From positions 1 through 54,506 of the forward strand of contig NKIB01013629.1 of NCBI GenBank assembly GCA_002256025.1: a DNA stretch of 54,506 bases, read 5' to 3'. The notes under the pieces are model-generated. The model was not told where the DNA came from. It saw nothing but the letters and a program-made list of their open reading frames with translations, and ran no database searches. The stretch is from Asterionella formosa. Lineage: Eukaryota. Positions 1 to 11,952 of this stretch are shown piece after piece; within the stretch, counting starts at the first letter, position 1; the number at the start of each line of letters is the position of its first letter. The translations under genes were made by a program, and so were the position numbers.

Positions 1-690
1 GTGAAAGTAAGGCCCCATTGCTTGAATCACCTCCTGAGGTTCTTCTCAAGGTCCATCTGCAACCTTGTCCCTAGAATTCGACTAAGTCAACAAGCAAGGC
101 TGCAATGGATACAGCAGCCAAACATCTTAGTATTACAATACAACTCTACCATGTTAAATCGCACCAAGATATGGAAGTCACTTACATGCACTCATCAAAA
201 CTCAACTGGGTTGATATAGACAGACTGACAGAACAGGCCATAACCTGGTGCCCTTAATAAGACATACTCCCCACCTGGCCATGAAACCACCCTGATATTG
301 GGTGATCATTGGATTACCAGCCATGTCCCCAAGGCAATTGAAGAGACAAGTCACCAGGATCAGGTCCATGAGTACCTTATCTCTAGGAATGGATGGGATA
401 CCGAATAGGTCTATGAGATGGTTGATTGACCAGCTCCCTCCCACACCAGGGTCAACATTCCAACCTTTTGAGAATCACAATTTTCAAATTGAAATTCGAC
501 TTATTTGCTACTATGAAATGCTGTAAACATTTTGAAAGAGCGATTGATGGGTGGTACCCATGCTGCGGAAGATTCAATGAAGATTTACCACATGCAGTAC
601 ATTGTCCTCACATGAAAAATACCTTCCTTGCACAAAAGTGTTTCAAAATGCACAATGAGCAGGTTAGTCCGGGGAACTTCTGATCACCAA
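1..690 (+). mobile_element. Decayed non-LTR retrotransposon (LINE) ORF2 C-terminal fragment
   Basis: Frame +1 reads ...ILGDHWITSH...HEYLISRNGWDTE*VYEMVD*, resembling the W..IDW segment downstream of RNase H. After a frameshift comes PCCGRFNEDLPHAVHCPH, a CxxC..ED..H..C zinc knuckle typical of LINE ORF2. Several stops; runs off the window edge. Confidence 0.55.
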
Positions 691-811
691 TGGGGAGCCG
701 CAAATGCGAAATATTGTTGTTTGAGAAGAGTTCACGAAGATTTCATCCTTCTCGACTCTCAGTGGTCGACTGAATTGATTTTATAATTATGAAAAAAAAA
801 GATTTAAGGCT

Positions 812-1059
812 AGGGAATGGCATAGTGGTTAAGCACGTTGCCTTTGATCTAAGGTTGTGAGGTTCGATTCCCGCAATTTTTTTGAGAAGTAATTGTTGGG
901 TTCAACTCCCACAATCCTTACCATCCCGCACGGTCTGGACTGGTGTGCAAGAAATAGTGGGTTGCCCCCTAACAAGCAGCTTGTGCCGTTTTCCTAGGAG
1001 GTCGGAGTTTCCCCTTTCGCGAAAGGTGATTGGCAGGTTGCACAATGAAATACTTGCCT
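812..1059 (+). repeat. tRNA-Gln-derived Pol III cassette plus structured 3' domain, copy 1 (SINE-like or ncRNA; internally shorter)
   Basis: A box TGGCATAGTGG 818-828, CTTTGA anticodon-loop remnant, B box GGTTCGATTCC 861-871, T7 at 877-883. Colinear with 43683-43999. Confidence 0.75.
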
Positions 1060-1387
1060 TGACCGCTGTGTTTTAGAAAAACAATAGGACATTAGTGAAA
1101 ATATCAATCAACAGTAACAACGATGATGGTAGTGCTGATAATGACATCATGATTGGAGAACTTGCTTACCAACTCCTCAATTGTGTATTTGCTTCGGTCA
1201 GCACCCAGAGAGGAGGCTTTTACCAAAGCACTGGTGAATGTCAAGTAACAACAGGTCAGCAGTAGTAGCATTTAGCAAGAATGCCACTTCATGGACTCTG
1301 CATAATTGGTGTTTTTGTGATACCGGGATTACAGCATGTACTCAAAACTGGTACTCCGAGTACCCCGTACCCTGGTAGACTTGGTAC

Positions 1388-2872
1388 CAACCTAAAAACT
1401 GAGAGTCATCCTTATTTTACCTTATGTTACGACTCAGGTTATTTTTGTCCGATTGCATGGTAATGTTGAAGCAAGTACGAAGGTTATTGTAGCTCGTCTC
1501 TCTTGTACTACTAACTAGATCTGTTTTAAACTAGCTTGAACTCAATATAAAAGTTTCTAATGTCATCGTTTTGCATCATAAGGATGACTCTCAGTATATT
1601 GGTTTTAATACATACATGAGGAAATTTTAATCTTCCATTTTTTCGATTACCCTATTGTTGCCACAAAACCTTTTTGATGCTACAAAATTATTTGTCCATT
1701 ACAGATTTACAACCTTTATTTATTGTCCCTTTCGATGTTTTCTTTCCATAATACTAATAGTCGGTTTCGACGACACTCCATTATTAATATTTGGTTTTGG
1801 GTCAAATGCAACTTCAGTTATTTATTTTAGTGACGGTTTCAGTAATATTTAAATACGTCTATCGTGTGACAGCCTACCACTGTTGTTTGACAATCCTCAT
1901 ACATAAAATGTGTAGGCAATAGAACAACTGCTGGCGATGAAGCTGTGTACCAGGGTACCTGGTAGTACTGGTACCAGGGTACCGGGTAAATGTCATGACG
2001 ATGTTGCTGATCAACAAAGCCATGACAATGATGAAAGACAATTTTGTTTTAATATTCAATTATGATTCCAATAATGGGTTTTGAATGTATTATCTCGAGT
2101 AGATTATGTTGTATCATAGAATGACACATCTTTTTGAAAGCATTGCGTCTTGATGCGACAAAGAGGGATCGAGAAATCATCGATAGTGTCAAGCGCCATT
2201 GTGAGTTTTCCGATTTTACATATTCGACTATATCTTAACGAATATATAAGCTACAATAAAATTCGTTTCATAATATACTAGTGAATAATATATTCTACTC
2301 AGAGGACTAATAATAACATAGCTTTATGCTAGAAAATCAACAATTTTCATTTGTTTCAATGGTTGTAATGATATTGCCGGCAAAATATACTTGTACACCG
2401 GTGAGACACTGCCTTCAGTGCGTACATACTGGTAAACTGATCCCTGCCTTGAGCCAAGAATGCGTGGTGAACAGGACAGAGCAACAGCACTCCATGTGAC
2501 ATTGATGATCAATCGAAAGTCAATAAATATAGAAACAAAAGACACTAAAGAATTAACAAAGAATCACAAAATAATTAAATTAGCTGAAATGAAATCTAAG
2601 TGTCAAAAATGCATTGCCGGCTCAATAGGGTAATCTGATTCGACCCAAATTTTTGCGACTGCTACCTTTCGACCCATTTATCTCAAGAATGGCCCCGAAA
2701 ACTCAGCTTACAAGTATTAACATAGCTCGTCCATACATGCCAAGGAACAACTTTGTCTGAAACAGAATCAACGTACCATCTCCAATACTCGTCCCAAAAC
2801 GTGTGATCACCCTGTTTAAGGATGACTCTCAGTAAAAGAAAGTAATAAGGATGACTCTCAGTTTTTAGGTTG
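1388..2872. mobile_element. Non-autonomous TIR DNA transposon (~1.49 kb), probably Tc1/mariner superfamily
   Basis: Perfect 29-bp inverted repeats CAACCTAAAAACTGAGAGTCATCCTTATT at 1388-1416 and 2844-2872. Flanks are GGTAC on the left and TACC on the right (TA target). Extra AAGGATGACTCTCAGT cores at ~1580 and ~2818. No intact ORF. Confidence 0.85.
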
Positions 2873-3306
2873 TACCATGTACTATGATGTACATACGTTT
2901 GCAAAATGAGAAATGTAGCTTTCCTTTCCCCAAAGTCTTTCTACTGCCCCTGCGACATGTAGTGCGCCACTAACAGTATTTAGCTTATACATATTCGAAA
3001 CGTGTTCACGCCTTTCTGATTGGACTCGATTCTAATGACTCAGTGGATTAAAAGAATTGGTGTCAACTGATTATATCCATCCATGATTATTATCAGAAAT
3101 GACGTGAAAACGCATCAACTTACGCCAAATGAATCTGTTTGGACTCAGCCAACCAGAACAACGAAACGAGCACAACGTACTGATTGCAATCTTATTTAAG
3201 ATGACCTCGTCATACGCCATAAATTGCAGGTGACAGTTGTCGGGCCGAAAGTACAGAACTTATGTAAAAAGTGTTCCACCGGAGTACCAGCTACTGTATC
3301 CGTTGC

Positions 3307-5563
3307 ATGCCCAGCTGCCATAGTCTGTTGCATGATAGTCCTCTCATGAAGGCGAGGAAACAACAAGAAGTTGGGGAAGCTCAAGTCACCTGTGATGTGA
3401 TGTCAAGCCACATTAATGAGTGTCAGAATCAAAATGCAACACTCCTTTCGCGAAGTGAAGTGGATGAGCTTTATGATCTCCTCGACATCATAGTTTCCGC
3501 GCTCGATGATTTGCAAATAAAATACGTTATCATCAAAGGGTCCCTGCTTGGTGCTGTGAGGTCAGAGTCAATACTCTTCAACGACGACGACATTGACATT
3601 GCTATTATTGATGATGGTCACGGTTCCTATGACCGGTGCCAGAAGAATCTTCCAGGCATACTTGAAGAAGCCTCGCGCGAACGAAGCGATATCACCGAAG
3701 TAGAGGTGAATTATCAATATCATCGCCGATCAAGGGAAGGATGTGATAGAGTGAAGTCAACCGAAGCACCAAGAGTGCGAGTCGATATCTTCGTTCTAAG
3801 AAAGTACGAATCAAGAGACGACCTTATTCGACAAATTGACACTGATGAAAACTTGCAAGACGCAGATTCGAGGTTTGGTCTTGTAGACAATTTGAGGGTC
3901 GACAACTTTCCTCTGTATCACTATGATAATCGAAAAGCAATTGAGCTTTTCACCAATCAGTACTTTTCTCCTTCAGAACTGTTTCCACTCCAGCGTCTGA
4001 AATTCGGGCCTCTGGAGGTGCACGCTCCGCGTGAAACTATTCAAAGTCTTCAACGTTGCTATGGAGACGACTGTTTCACTCACTATGCAGTTGCGTATCC
4101 CCTTGGGAGACCGAAACCCAGTGACCAAATAAACTGGGAAACTGCAGAAAAATTCCCCCTTCTGGACGAGCATTTTCAACCGATTGAGCATTCGGGTTTA
4201 CGTAGGTGGAAGGAAAACCCTCGATTTTTCTGGGGATCAAAAATAAATGGCTATGATTGCGAGCCAGAATTGGAACCTTGTTCCGATTGCGATCAGTCAC
4301 CTCCTCTATCGTCGTCATTGCCTATTGCAGGAAACATCGGACTGGCTAGGTCCAAGTCACTGTTTGTTCTCGGAGCCAATGCCACGAGACATCCTCTCCC
4401 TCCTCCGTCTCTTTTTTCTTCGCTTACTACACTTCATGATTTAGAATACGACCATCGAGAATCTGGGCCAACTAAATTATTTGGAGCTGATCTCCGAAGT
4501 TGTACCACGAGTTCGCATGACTCTCCAGATTTTGAGAAAGACTTGCGAAAAGTAATGGAGCCCCACTTGCAAGCAGCAAGGCGAAACCGAGAAGCGAGCC
4601 GTAGCCTAGGTAGTCGCAAGGCCGATGCTTCCATTTGTAGCTTTGTTGGGGTTCCGTACACTTCTCTTCGCGACGAACGCCGCTTTCTCTTCGATGACTC
4701 AACCTACCCAATCCATGAGGTACTTGCACAAACACTGGGAATCAAGGACCTGTCCAAGCTACACGACAGCCCTATTCAAGATATGGAGCGGATTCTGGCA
4801 CCACTTCTATCGCGGGAAGGTCGCAGACGGTTCCACGCCTGTTACGACAACTTGGTCACGGGATTTTGTATTCCACTGCTTCATTCCATGGCTTTGGAGA
4901 AGGGTTTATTTCATATGAAGTCGCCCCATGCATCTTCCCGGATATCTTACCGCTACCAAGCCTTTCCGTGTATACGTATTGTTCGTCCTGGCGATTTCTC
5001 CATTGGACCCCATTGTGACACAAGTAAGACAAACTTTTCCCCTTCCCTTTACGTTTGAAAAATTGGCTTCGTTTGCTCACCCTTTCTTTATGGTTCTTCC
5101 CACAGTCTATGGTCACTCTGTGGGAAATCTCAACTTTCATATTCCACTCACTCCTTCATATGGGACGAATGCGTTACACACAGAATCGCATCCTGGAAAA
5201 GAAGATTGGCATCCACTGTCCACAAAATCTGTCGGCCTTGGCTACATTTTTGATGGGGCACGTTGCCTTCATTTTACCCTCGAGAACACAACTGAAGCTA
5301 CTAGAGTGTCTCTCGACTTCCGCATTGCTATCTACAACGAAGAACACTCAAATAGTCGTGTTGATGGAGGATTATGTAGCAAAAGCATGCTCGAAGATCG
5401 TTTCTCATTGGCTGGACCCGGATACTATGATGAGGCATCCGTCAACATTGGCTTCGGAGGTCCATTCTTTCCTGGCTCAATGGTTGCCCAGAAAAACAAC
5501 AGGTATCTATGTGATCCTGATATCAGAGTTGGCTTCCCATTCATGAACAAAGCCACAAGCTAA
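3307..5563 (+). CDS. LicD-family nucleotidyltransferase fused to a StrG-like (2OG-Fe(II) oxygenase fold) domain; exons 3307-5023 and 5106-5563
   Basis: GSLLGAVR...NDDDIDI and VDIF LicD motifs. The C-terminal half has YQAFPCIR, PHCDTIYGH (spliced), NFHIPLT, FDGARCLH and TRVSLDFRI. The GT-AG intron 5024-5105 restores frame. Start could be 3307 or 3346. Confidence 0.85.
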
Positions 5564-5730
5564 GCAGGCAATGACATGACAATAATTGGCAGCATATGTA
5601 TATTGAAACCCACATATACCAGTATATATATGCATATATATATATTGAATCATATTCTTACAGCCACTTGATCATCAACCATTACAAGCGAATTGAAAGT
5701 CCTAGAATCCTGATCCTATCAGAGTCCTTG

Positions 5731-6880
5731 TTATAACAATTTAAGTGTTTTTCTATCCCATCCATATGATTGTTTATGCCTCTCAAATATCTTTGTTAGC
5801 TCGTTGCAGAATTCCAAGTGCATTGAATCCACTTGTTCCTGCAAAGCCACACGTTCAGCAGATTGTACCGGAGGGTATATGGGATCACCCATCACATAAA
5901 AAAGTTTTTGCCGAAAAGGTATTGGTAATCCCCAAGCACCATAAAAGACACAAATGCTTACTCGTAGCATATTTGATAGATGCTCAAAAAAGAATGGGAG
6001 TTGCAGCCTCTTGAGCATTTTGGTGGCTCCGAAACAAAATACCGGAATGACAGGGATTCCGTGTTTTATGGCTAATCGAATGAATCCCTTTCTCGAATTA
6101 ATAATTGCATACTCTTCATCCGGATGTGTTCCAGGCTTTGGATATCCTTCAAACATTTCTGCAATACCACCGGGAGCAAGCCCTATTCTATTACCTTCCA
6201 TTAATGCTTGGTCAACGGCATTCCTCGATGCATCACTTTTCAAAGCAAAGAACGCAATTAGGTACACCAATAGTAGGCCTATTTGCATCATAAACTGGCC
6301 CAACTTACATCTTTCCTAACCAGCATAAAATCGAATTCACAAAAGGGAAAAGAGAGGTTGCAGTAGCCACAACAGGTCTAAAATAGCCGAACGCCTGCGC
6401 GGCTTGTTCAGGCAACGCTGCCAAGGCAAGAGCAAAAGGAAATAGTCCGTGTGGACTCACAGCAAGAATAGCCTTGTCGTTTCTGAAGTCAAAGCGCGAG
6501 TCGGATGAATCAGCAACTACTTCCAATGCCACGAATTTGAGCCAGGATTTCCATAGGGTCCATTTCCGAGCGTTTATCCATTCGCCAAAACGAGTCGTTC
6601 GATGAGGTCCAACAGCAGCTAATGCTGCCAACGATAGCAGAAGAGTAGAACACAGTAATCGGCGCTGTTTCTGGTCTTTTGGGATCTCCTTCCATCGCTT
6701 CCAAGCCCATGCATACGCCAGTGGAACCCAAACCACTGAACCAACAATTACAAGGGAGCTGAGCATGACCATGGTCCTGTCGCACACCGTGAGCTCATCT
6801 CCAGGTATTCTCAGTAGGATTCGACTGCCTGCAGGATGTGTTGGATACAGGGAACCTTCGGATTTCACTATTTTTTGCAT
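5731..6880 (-). CDS. DGAT2: Type-2 diacylglycerol/monoacylglycerol acyltransferase, 358 aa; exons 6880-6309 and 6235-5731
   Basis: N-terminal hydrophobic helices, SPHG, PGGIAE and RKGFIRLA..G..PVFCFG motifs. The 73-nt GT-AG intron 6236-6308 joins LGKI-DASR in frame. Confidence 0.92.
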
Positions 6881-7674
6881 TATGGAGCAAGGATAGTCGA
6901 CGTTGCACTGTAGACCATGTGTATGGTATGAAGATCGAGATCAAGGATGAAGGACTAAACAATATAATGAGGTGCCATTCATCGACCCGTGAGATGTGGT
7001 CGTGAGGCAGATCTGGTAGTGCGTGTTCATCAAGACTCGCAAAAGAGGAAGATGACGATAATTACCGGTATACAGTATTCGGGTCCCGAGCCTGTACGGG
7101 GTTCCAGGTACCGGTACTCTAGTTTTACATATTTCTATTCATATATGTATATTAGTTCTCGTTCATTCATCGTACGTACATACCTCGTCCAGTTCATACG
7201 GGATTGAATATTGTTTGTCGTCTTACATATGCCGGTTTTCTAACGTTAGCTACATAGACTACATGGATTGTATGTATGTATGTATGTGTAGAAATGTATA
7301 TTCTTATTATGTACGTAAATGTGGTGGTGCTCAGCTCCGGGTCTCATTGAAGCTGGAGCCAAAATCGCCCGCCATCACACATGTCACCATCACTTGCTTC
7401 ACGACGCTTGCATCATCGCGGATACAAAAAAAAATTCTTGCTATTCGGCCTCGGACTGTTCGCCACTTGATGACGACGAGTGAGCACTCATCACGCAGCT
7501 CTCTCCTCTTCCAAGAGATTGAAGACTTGAGAATCTGTCAAGGATTGAATCGTCTCAGCATAGTGTCACTCCTTCGAGCTCAGGAGTTGCAGGTCGATTT
7601 AAAGGAGAGTTGATACTGGTAGGTAAAGATCGAGCGAAAGGACATTCTTTTCACTGTGGTTTTGAGGGGAAAAC

Positions 7675-9487
7675 ATGCATTTCGGTGTCATGCAGCCTAT
7701 TAATAGTCAAAGCATTATTGCTCAGTCTCGACCTCCTATGCGACGAGCTGTATACATTCATATTTCGGATCTGACCAGTACATACACCATTGACCACAAA
7801 AAGCTGCAGAACGAGCTTGCTAGGGTGCATGCCGAGAAGCAAAGTATCCTCGAGCAACCGTCAGTTTCTTCTCCACCCGATCCAAGTGAGGATAGTGTCT
7901 CATCTGCTACCCAGAAACGTCTTCAGCCCCCACGCGGTGGCTTCAATTTATGTTTGTAAGTTATTCGAGTTTCCTTTCCTGGCTTGCTTGCTTCGTTTCC
8001 CACATTCTGACACTGTCCTCGTCTCCAACAAATTTCAGACTTGTTGGTAAAGTTACAGTTGTTGTAGATAAACTTAGAGTAGACCGATCACGAGTGAGAT
8101 TGGCAGAAGTAGACGTGGGAGACGAGACTGGAATAGTGTCATTGCGAGCAAGGGATGAACAAATCGATTTGCTGGAAACGGTATCAAAAATAAATGGAGC
8201 GGTAGTGCTGAGGAACTGCTCGCTAGAACTCTTTCAAGGAAAACACATTCGACTCGCTGTTACAAAATGGGGAAAACTAAGTACATATCCCGATGAGTTG
8301 GCAAGTACTCCGCCACCACCGTCCAAAATCAACTTCGACCGGAATTTTTCAATGATCGACTTGAGTATGGTGGCGACTGAGATGGTCGAAAATACTCCAC
8401 CTGAAGCAGGTTTTCCCGGGATGAACCGAGAGATGATGCACGACAGAACTCGGTCGGTGGGCACACGGCATCAGCAATTTCAGACTCCAAGGCAATCTCA
8501 TCATTTGCAAAGGACTGGGCAAGGCGGACAGATAAGACGACAGCAGCCAAGACATCGTGGAATTGGTGTTAATCCATTGTCAATTCCTTTCCCTGAAGGA
8601 CCCAGCATGGGGTACCACGTAGATCCATCGAGGTACCCCGTTATACAACAGGGATTCACGTATGCAGAGATGCCTCATTTTTCGTCGGGTCAACAAAGCC
8701 AGCATCAGCCACAACAGGCTCATTTACTTTTGCAACAATATGAAATGCAGCACCGACAGCTACGACATCAGCACATGCACGCACAAGCTTATCACGAGCA
8801 GCAAGGAAGGCAACACGCCATGCTCCAACGAAGCCACCAAATTCAACCCCCCGCTCATTTGATTCCAAGCCTTCTCACTTCAACCAACTTTGATACTCAA
8901 GGCGATTATAACCGAAGAGCACGACAGATTGCTCCAACATCAGCTGGAATTTTAACTATGCAAGCTATACCTTGCCAATCATCGATCTCAGGGCCGATAT
9001 TTCCTCATCTTGGTCAGTCCCCGGAGGGACATGGTGACATGCCCCACTATTTCAGTGAACGAAACAGTGGTGTGCAAGAGGGCCCAAGCCAAGGTCACGG
9101 GACATGGGGATATCGTGTTGGTCATCCTTTTGATGACCAAAAGATGTCACCCGGGAGGATGAACGCGGGGGCCGCTTCATTCTCGCCTTCATACGGTGAA
9201 GCGCACCAACTAGGTACGTAACTGGTACAAATCCACTGTCATCTGTCGATGCCAACTCCTGACTCAGTGCTGATTCGTCAGGTCACCAAGGGCCACAGCA
9301 TGGACACACTTATCAATACATACCTGGACAACATCATGCCCTTCTACACCAACATGCAGAATGCCTTGTTATGCATACACCCATGGCAGCTGCACCTGCT
9401 ATCGCAGCAGACGATTCATCAAACCAAAATGCTGAGATGAAGGAGGATCAACATTCTCCCCTACAGACTCAAGATGGTGAATCTTAA
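7675..9487 (+). CDS. OB-fold single-stranded nucleic-acid-binding protein with Gln/His/Pro-rich tail; exons 7675-7955, 8039-9213, 9282-9487
   Basis: GFNL..VGKV...RLAEVDVGDETGIVSLRARDEQID...LAVTKWGK fits an SSB/SOSS-B-like OB fold. Introns 7956-8038 and 9214-9281 are GT-AG and keep frame. Start could be 7675 or 7690. Confidence 0.82.
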
Positions 9488-9699
9488 AAGTGAGGGCGAG
9501 TAATACGCCACGCAATATCGTAGGATGCACACCTACAGGCGAGAAACAAGCTCGAAACGAAAAAAGGTTAAGGAATTCACTAAATGATGAAATTAGCCCA
9601 GTTTCTGTTTTTCGATTAAGATTTCTTGTTTTCTGATTGTTAAATTTCTACAATGAAACACATCACCAATTCAGGTTGAATGAAAACGCCAAATAGAAA

Positions 9700-10790
9700 T
9701 AATTGCCATGCCAAATGCTCAGATACAATGGAACTTCTAGGAGCAGCAATAGTTGCACCTTTCATGGTAGTTGCTGAATTCGAGAACAAGTTTCTCCAGT
9801 ATGATTGCAATATATGTTTGTTTCCCTAGAGTGATGCAATAGTTTGAAGATGCTAGGTGCTACCTTCTACCCGTTCTACTTCAAATATTTCTACCAACAA
9901 TGATTGAAGTGTTTCTTCCAATTTGAGGAGGGTCAGGCATGAATGGTATTCTGTGCATATTTCCTCAATGACAAAACAAAATTTATTCCAAAAAATGTCA
10001 TATCATTGGAAAGACTGAAATCAAGTTCCTGGGACAAAATGTTTGATAAGGGTAGCATGTGTAGTGCTGAACGGGTCAACAAATTCTACATTCAACCAAA
10101 TTCCATTGACAAGCCTGGGCCTGTGTCAAGTTCATTTGGATTAGTGGGGGATCAGCACCTGCGGTTTGATTATTTTGTTGCATCTCATCATTGATGCTGT
10201 ATGGAGGAACAGTTGAAAGTCTGTATCAAACTGAATCATTGTATTGCCATGCTGAAGAAACACAGCAGTTCTTGAATCAATTATTCCTTCATCTGGACTC
10301 TTGCACAAATAGCAGGAATTGCCTTGTTACTTATGAACTCTTTGTAACCCTTTCTCTATTGATGGCCTACTTGGTGGTTGCTACCACCAGTTTCACAAAT
10401 GGCCAATTTCCAATGTTCCCAACTAATCTTATCTCAATCCCCATTGCCATTATTAACTGGTTTACAACAGCACATGAACACATGACATTTTGAATTGGGG
10501 ACATGTGATCATTACACCACCATGTGCCAAATGTTTTTGTGATGAAGCCTTTGATACAACAACCGCAACTCGCTCATCTATGATGCGAATATCATGATAG
10601 GCAGAATGAATCGAACAAATGGAACTTACTGGGATAGAAAGGCTAATGATTGAAGTGATCTGGATGGCTGAGTTGCAAATTATTGATGGCATAGTAAACA
10701 CAAGATTTCATGCATTGGTTCTTGCTAATTGCATGGCCATTCACTGAACTATCCTAGCAGCTATCATTGCACAAGCCAAATACTTCGCTC
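9700..10790 (-). pseudogene. Highly decayed DDE transposase remnant (pogo/DDE_1-like)
   Basis: Minus strand ~10020-10135 reads ELDTGPG..*..*..LHMLPLSNILSQELD, resembling the D(S/T)GPG...QExD segment. CpG-poor, many stops; boundaries approximate. Confidence 0.35.
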
Positions 10791-11952
10791 AGTATACCTG
10801 GTACCAGGTATAAGTAAACCAGTGGGAGTTCTAGTCAGGGGTACACTAGTGTACGTCAATGAGCTACCAGGTACTATGGCACCGTAGTTGGTTGAAAAGC
10901 TACTCAGCAAGGAGCATAAGTATGGAGTACAATTTTAATGATATGCATAATATTCAGTGGTTAATCATAGTTTCACTTGTTTTGTTTATTTTCTAAAAGA
11001 AATTTAATTTTGAAGAACAGTTTTGAATTGAAACACAGAAACTCTTGCATGTTTCTAAAAATGAATTGTTCTATATTCCTTGGAGGCGAGGCAGGCTCTT
11101 CATTGTTCCTACAGGTGTAGCGAGATAGACATTATCTCCTTCCTTGTAGCATATATCCATCCAGCCAAGATGGATTCTAGGAAATGGTGTTCCTTGACTG
11201 AGCACCTCTTTCAGGTAGCTCCAATAGGATGCTTCAAATGTTCCTCATTCCCATGGAAATACTGATAAGTCGTCTCTCCAATCCCTCCTCTCAGATGCAG
11301 GTGAACTTGTTTGATAAATGTAGGTGAAAACTTTCAATATCTGGGATAAAATATCAGTACATCTTTCCTGCAAAGAGTTCAACCTTCAACATTGTTCTTT
11401 ACCAAATGTCTGAAGCGAAATATATTTGGTCTCTTGTTCCATAAAACATGATGACACTAGAAGTAGTAATGTAAATTGGTATAGTACCTGGTATTTTAAC
11501 ACTCACAGAAGCGACCTAATTTGAGAATCAGGAATAAAGAATCTCTCTGCGTTTCAACTTAGTATTCCTGTTAAATTATGTAGACAAACAATGTGCCGGT
11601 GGTACATTGGGTGCCCTCTAATGATAAAAAATTATTATATCTTGTGTATTATAACAGAAATTGTTGTACCCATAACCCAAAAATTTGTGATTTGTGTTGA
11701 CCAAATTTGGCAAACTTGCTGGTAAACCCCAAGTTTTACAGTTATAATTAATAGTGCATTAAATAAGAAGATGTATAGGCACGAATGACTACATAGAATT
11801 TCCCGGAATATTTCAAGACTTGCTTGCTCATACTCGAAATGGCTTGCTCTTGCCAAAATAGCTAGGTGGTATGCATACTATACAGATGTGTATCATTACA
11901 TATCAATAAAACTCCTCAGTAGATTGATCGTCATCGCTTTTAGATTTCGACC

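Noticed and set aside
811..883. Functional tRNA-Gln(TTG) gene (also at 43682-43753)
   Set aside because: The acceptor and anticodon stems do not pair in either copy; only the promoter boxes and T arm remain.
3015..3110. CCAAT box and TGACGT (bZIP/aureochrome-type) site upstream of the LicD gene
   Set aside because: Single short motifs expected by chance, with no conservation data.
7470..7613. Upstream ORF or small gene before the OB-fold gene
   Set aside because: 47 codons with no recognisable motif; cannot be distinguished from chance.
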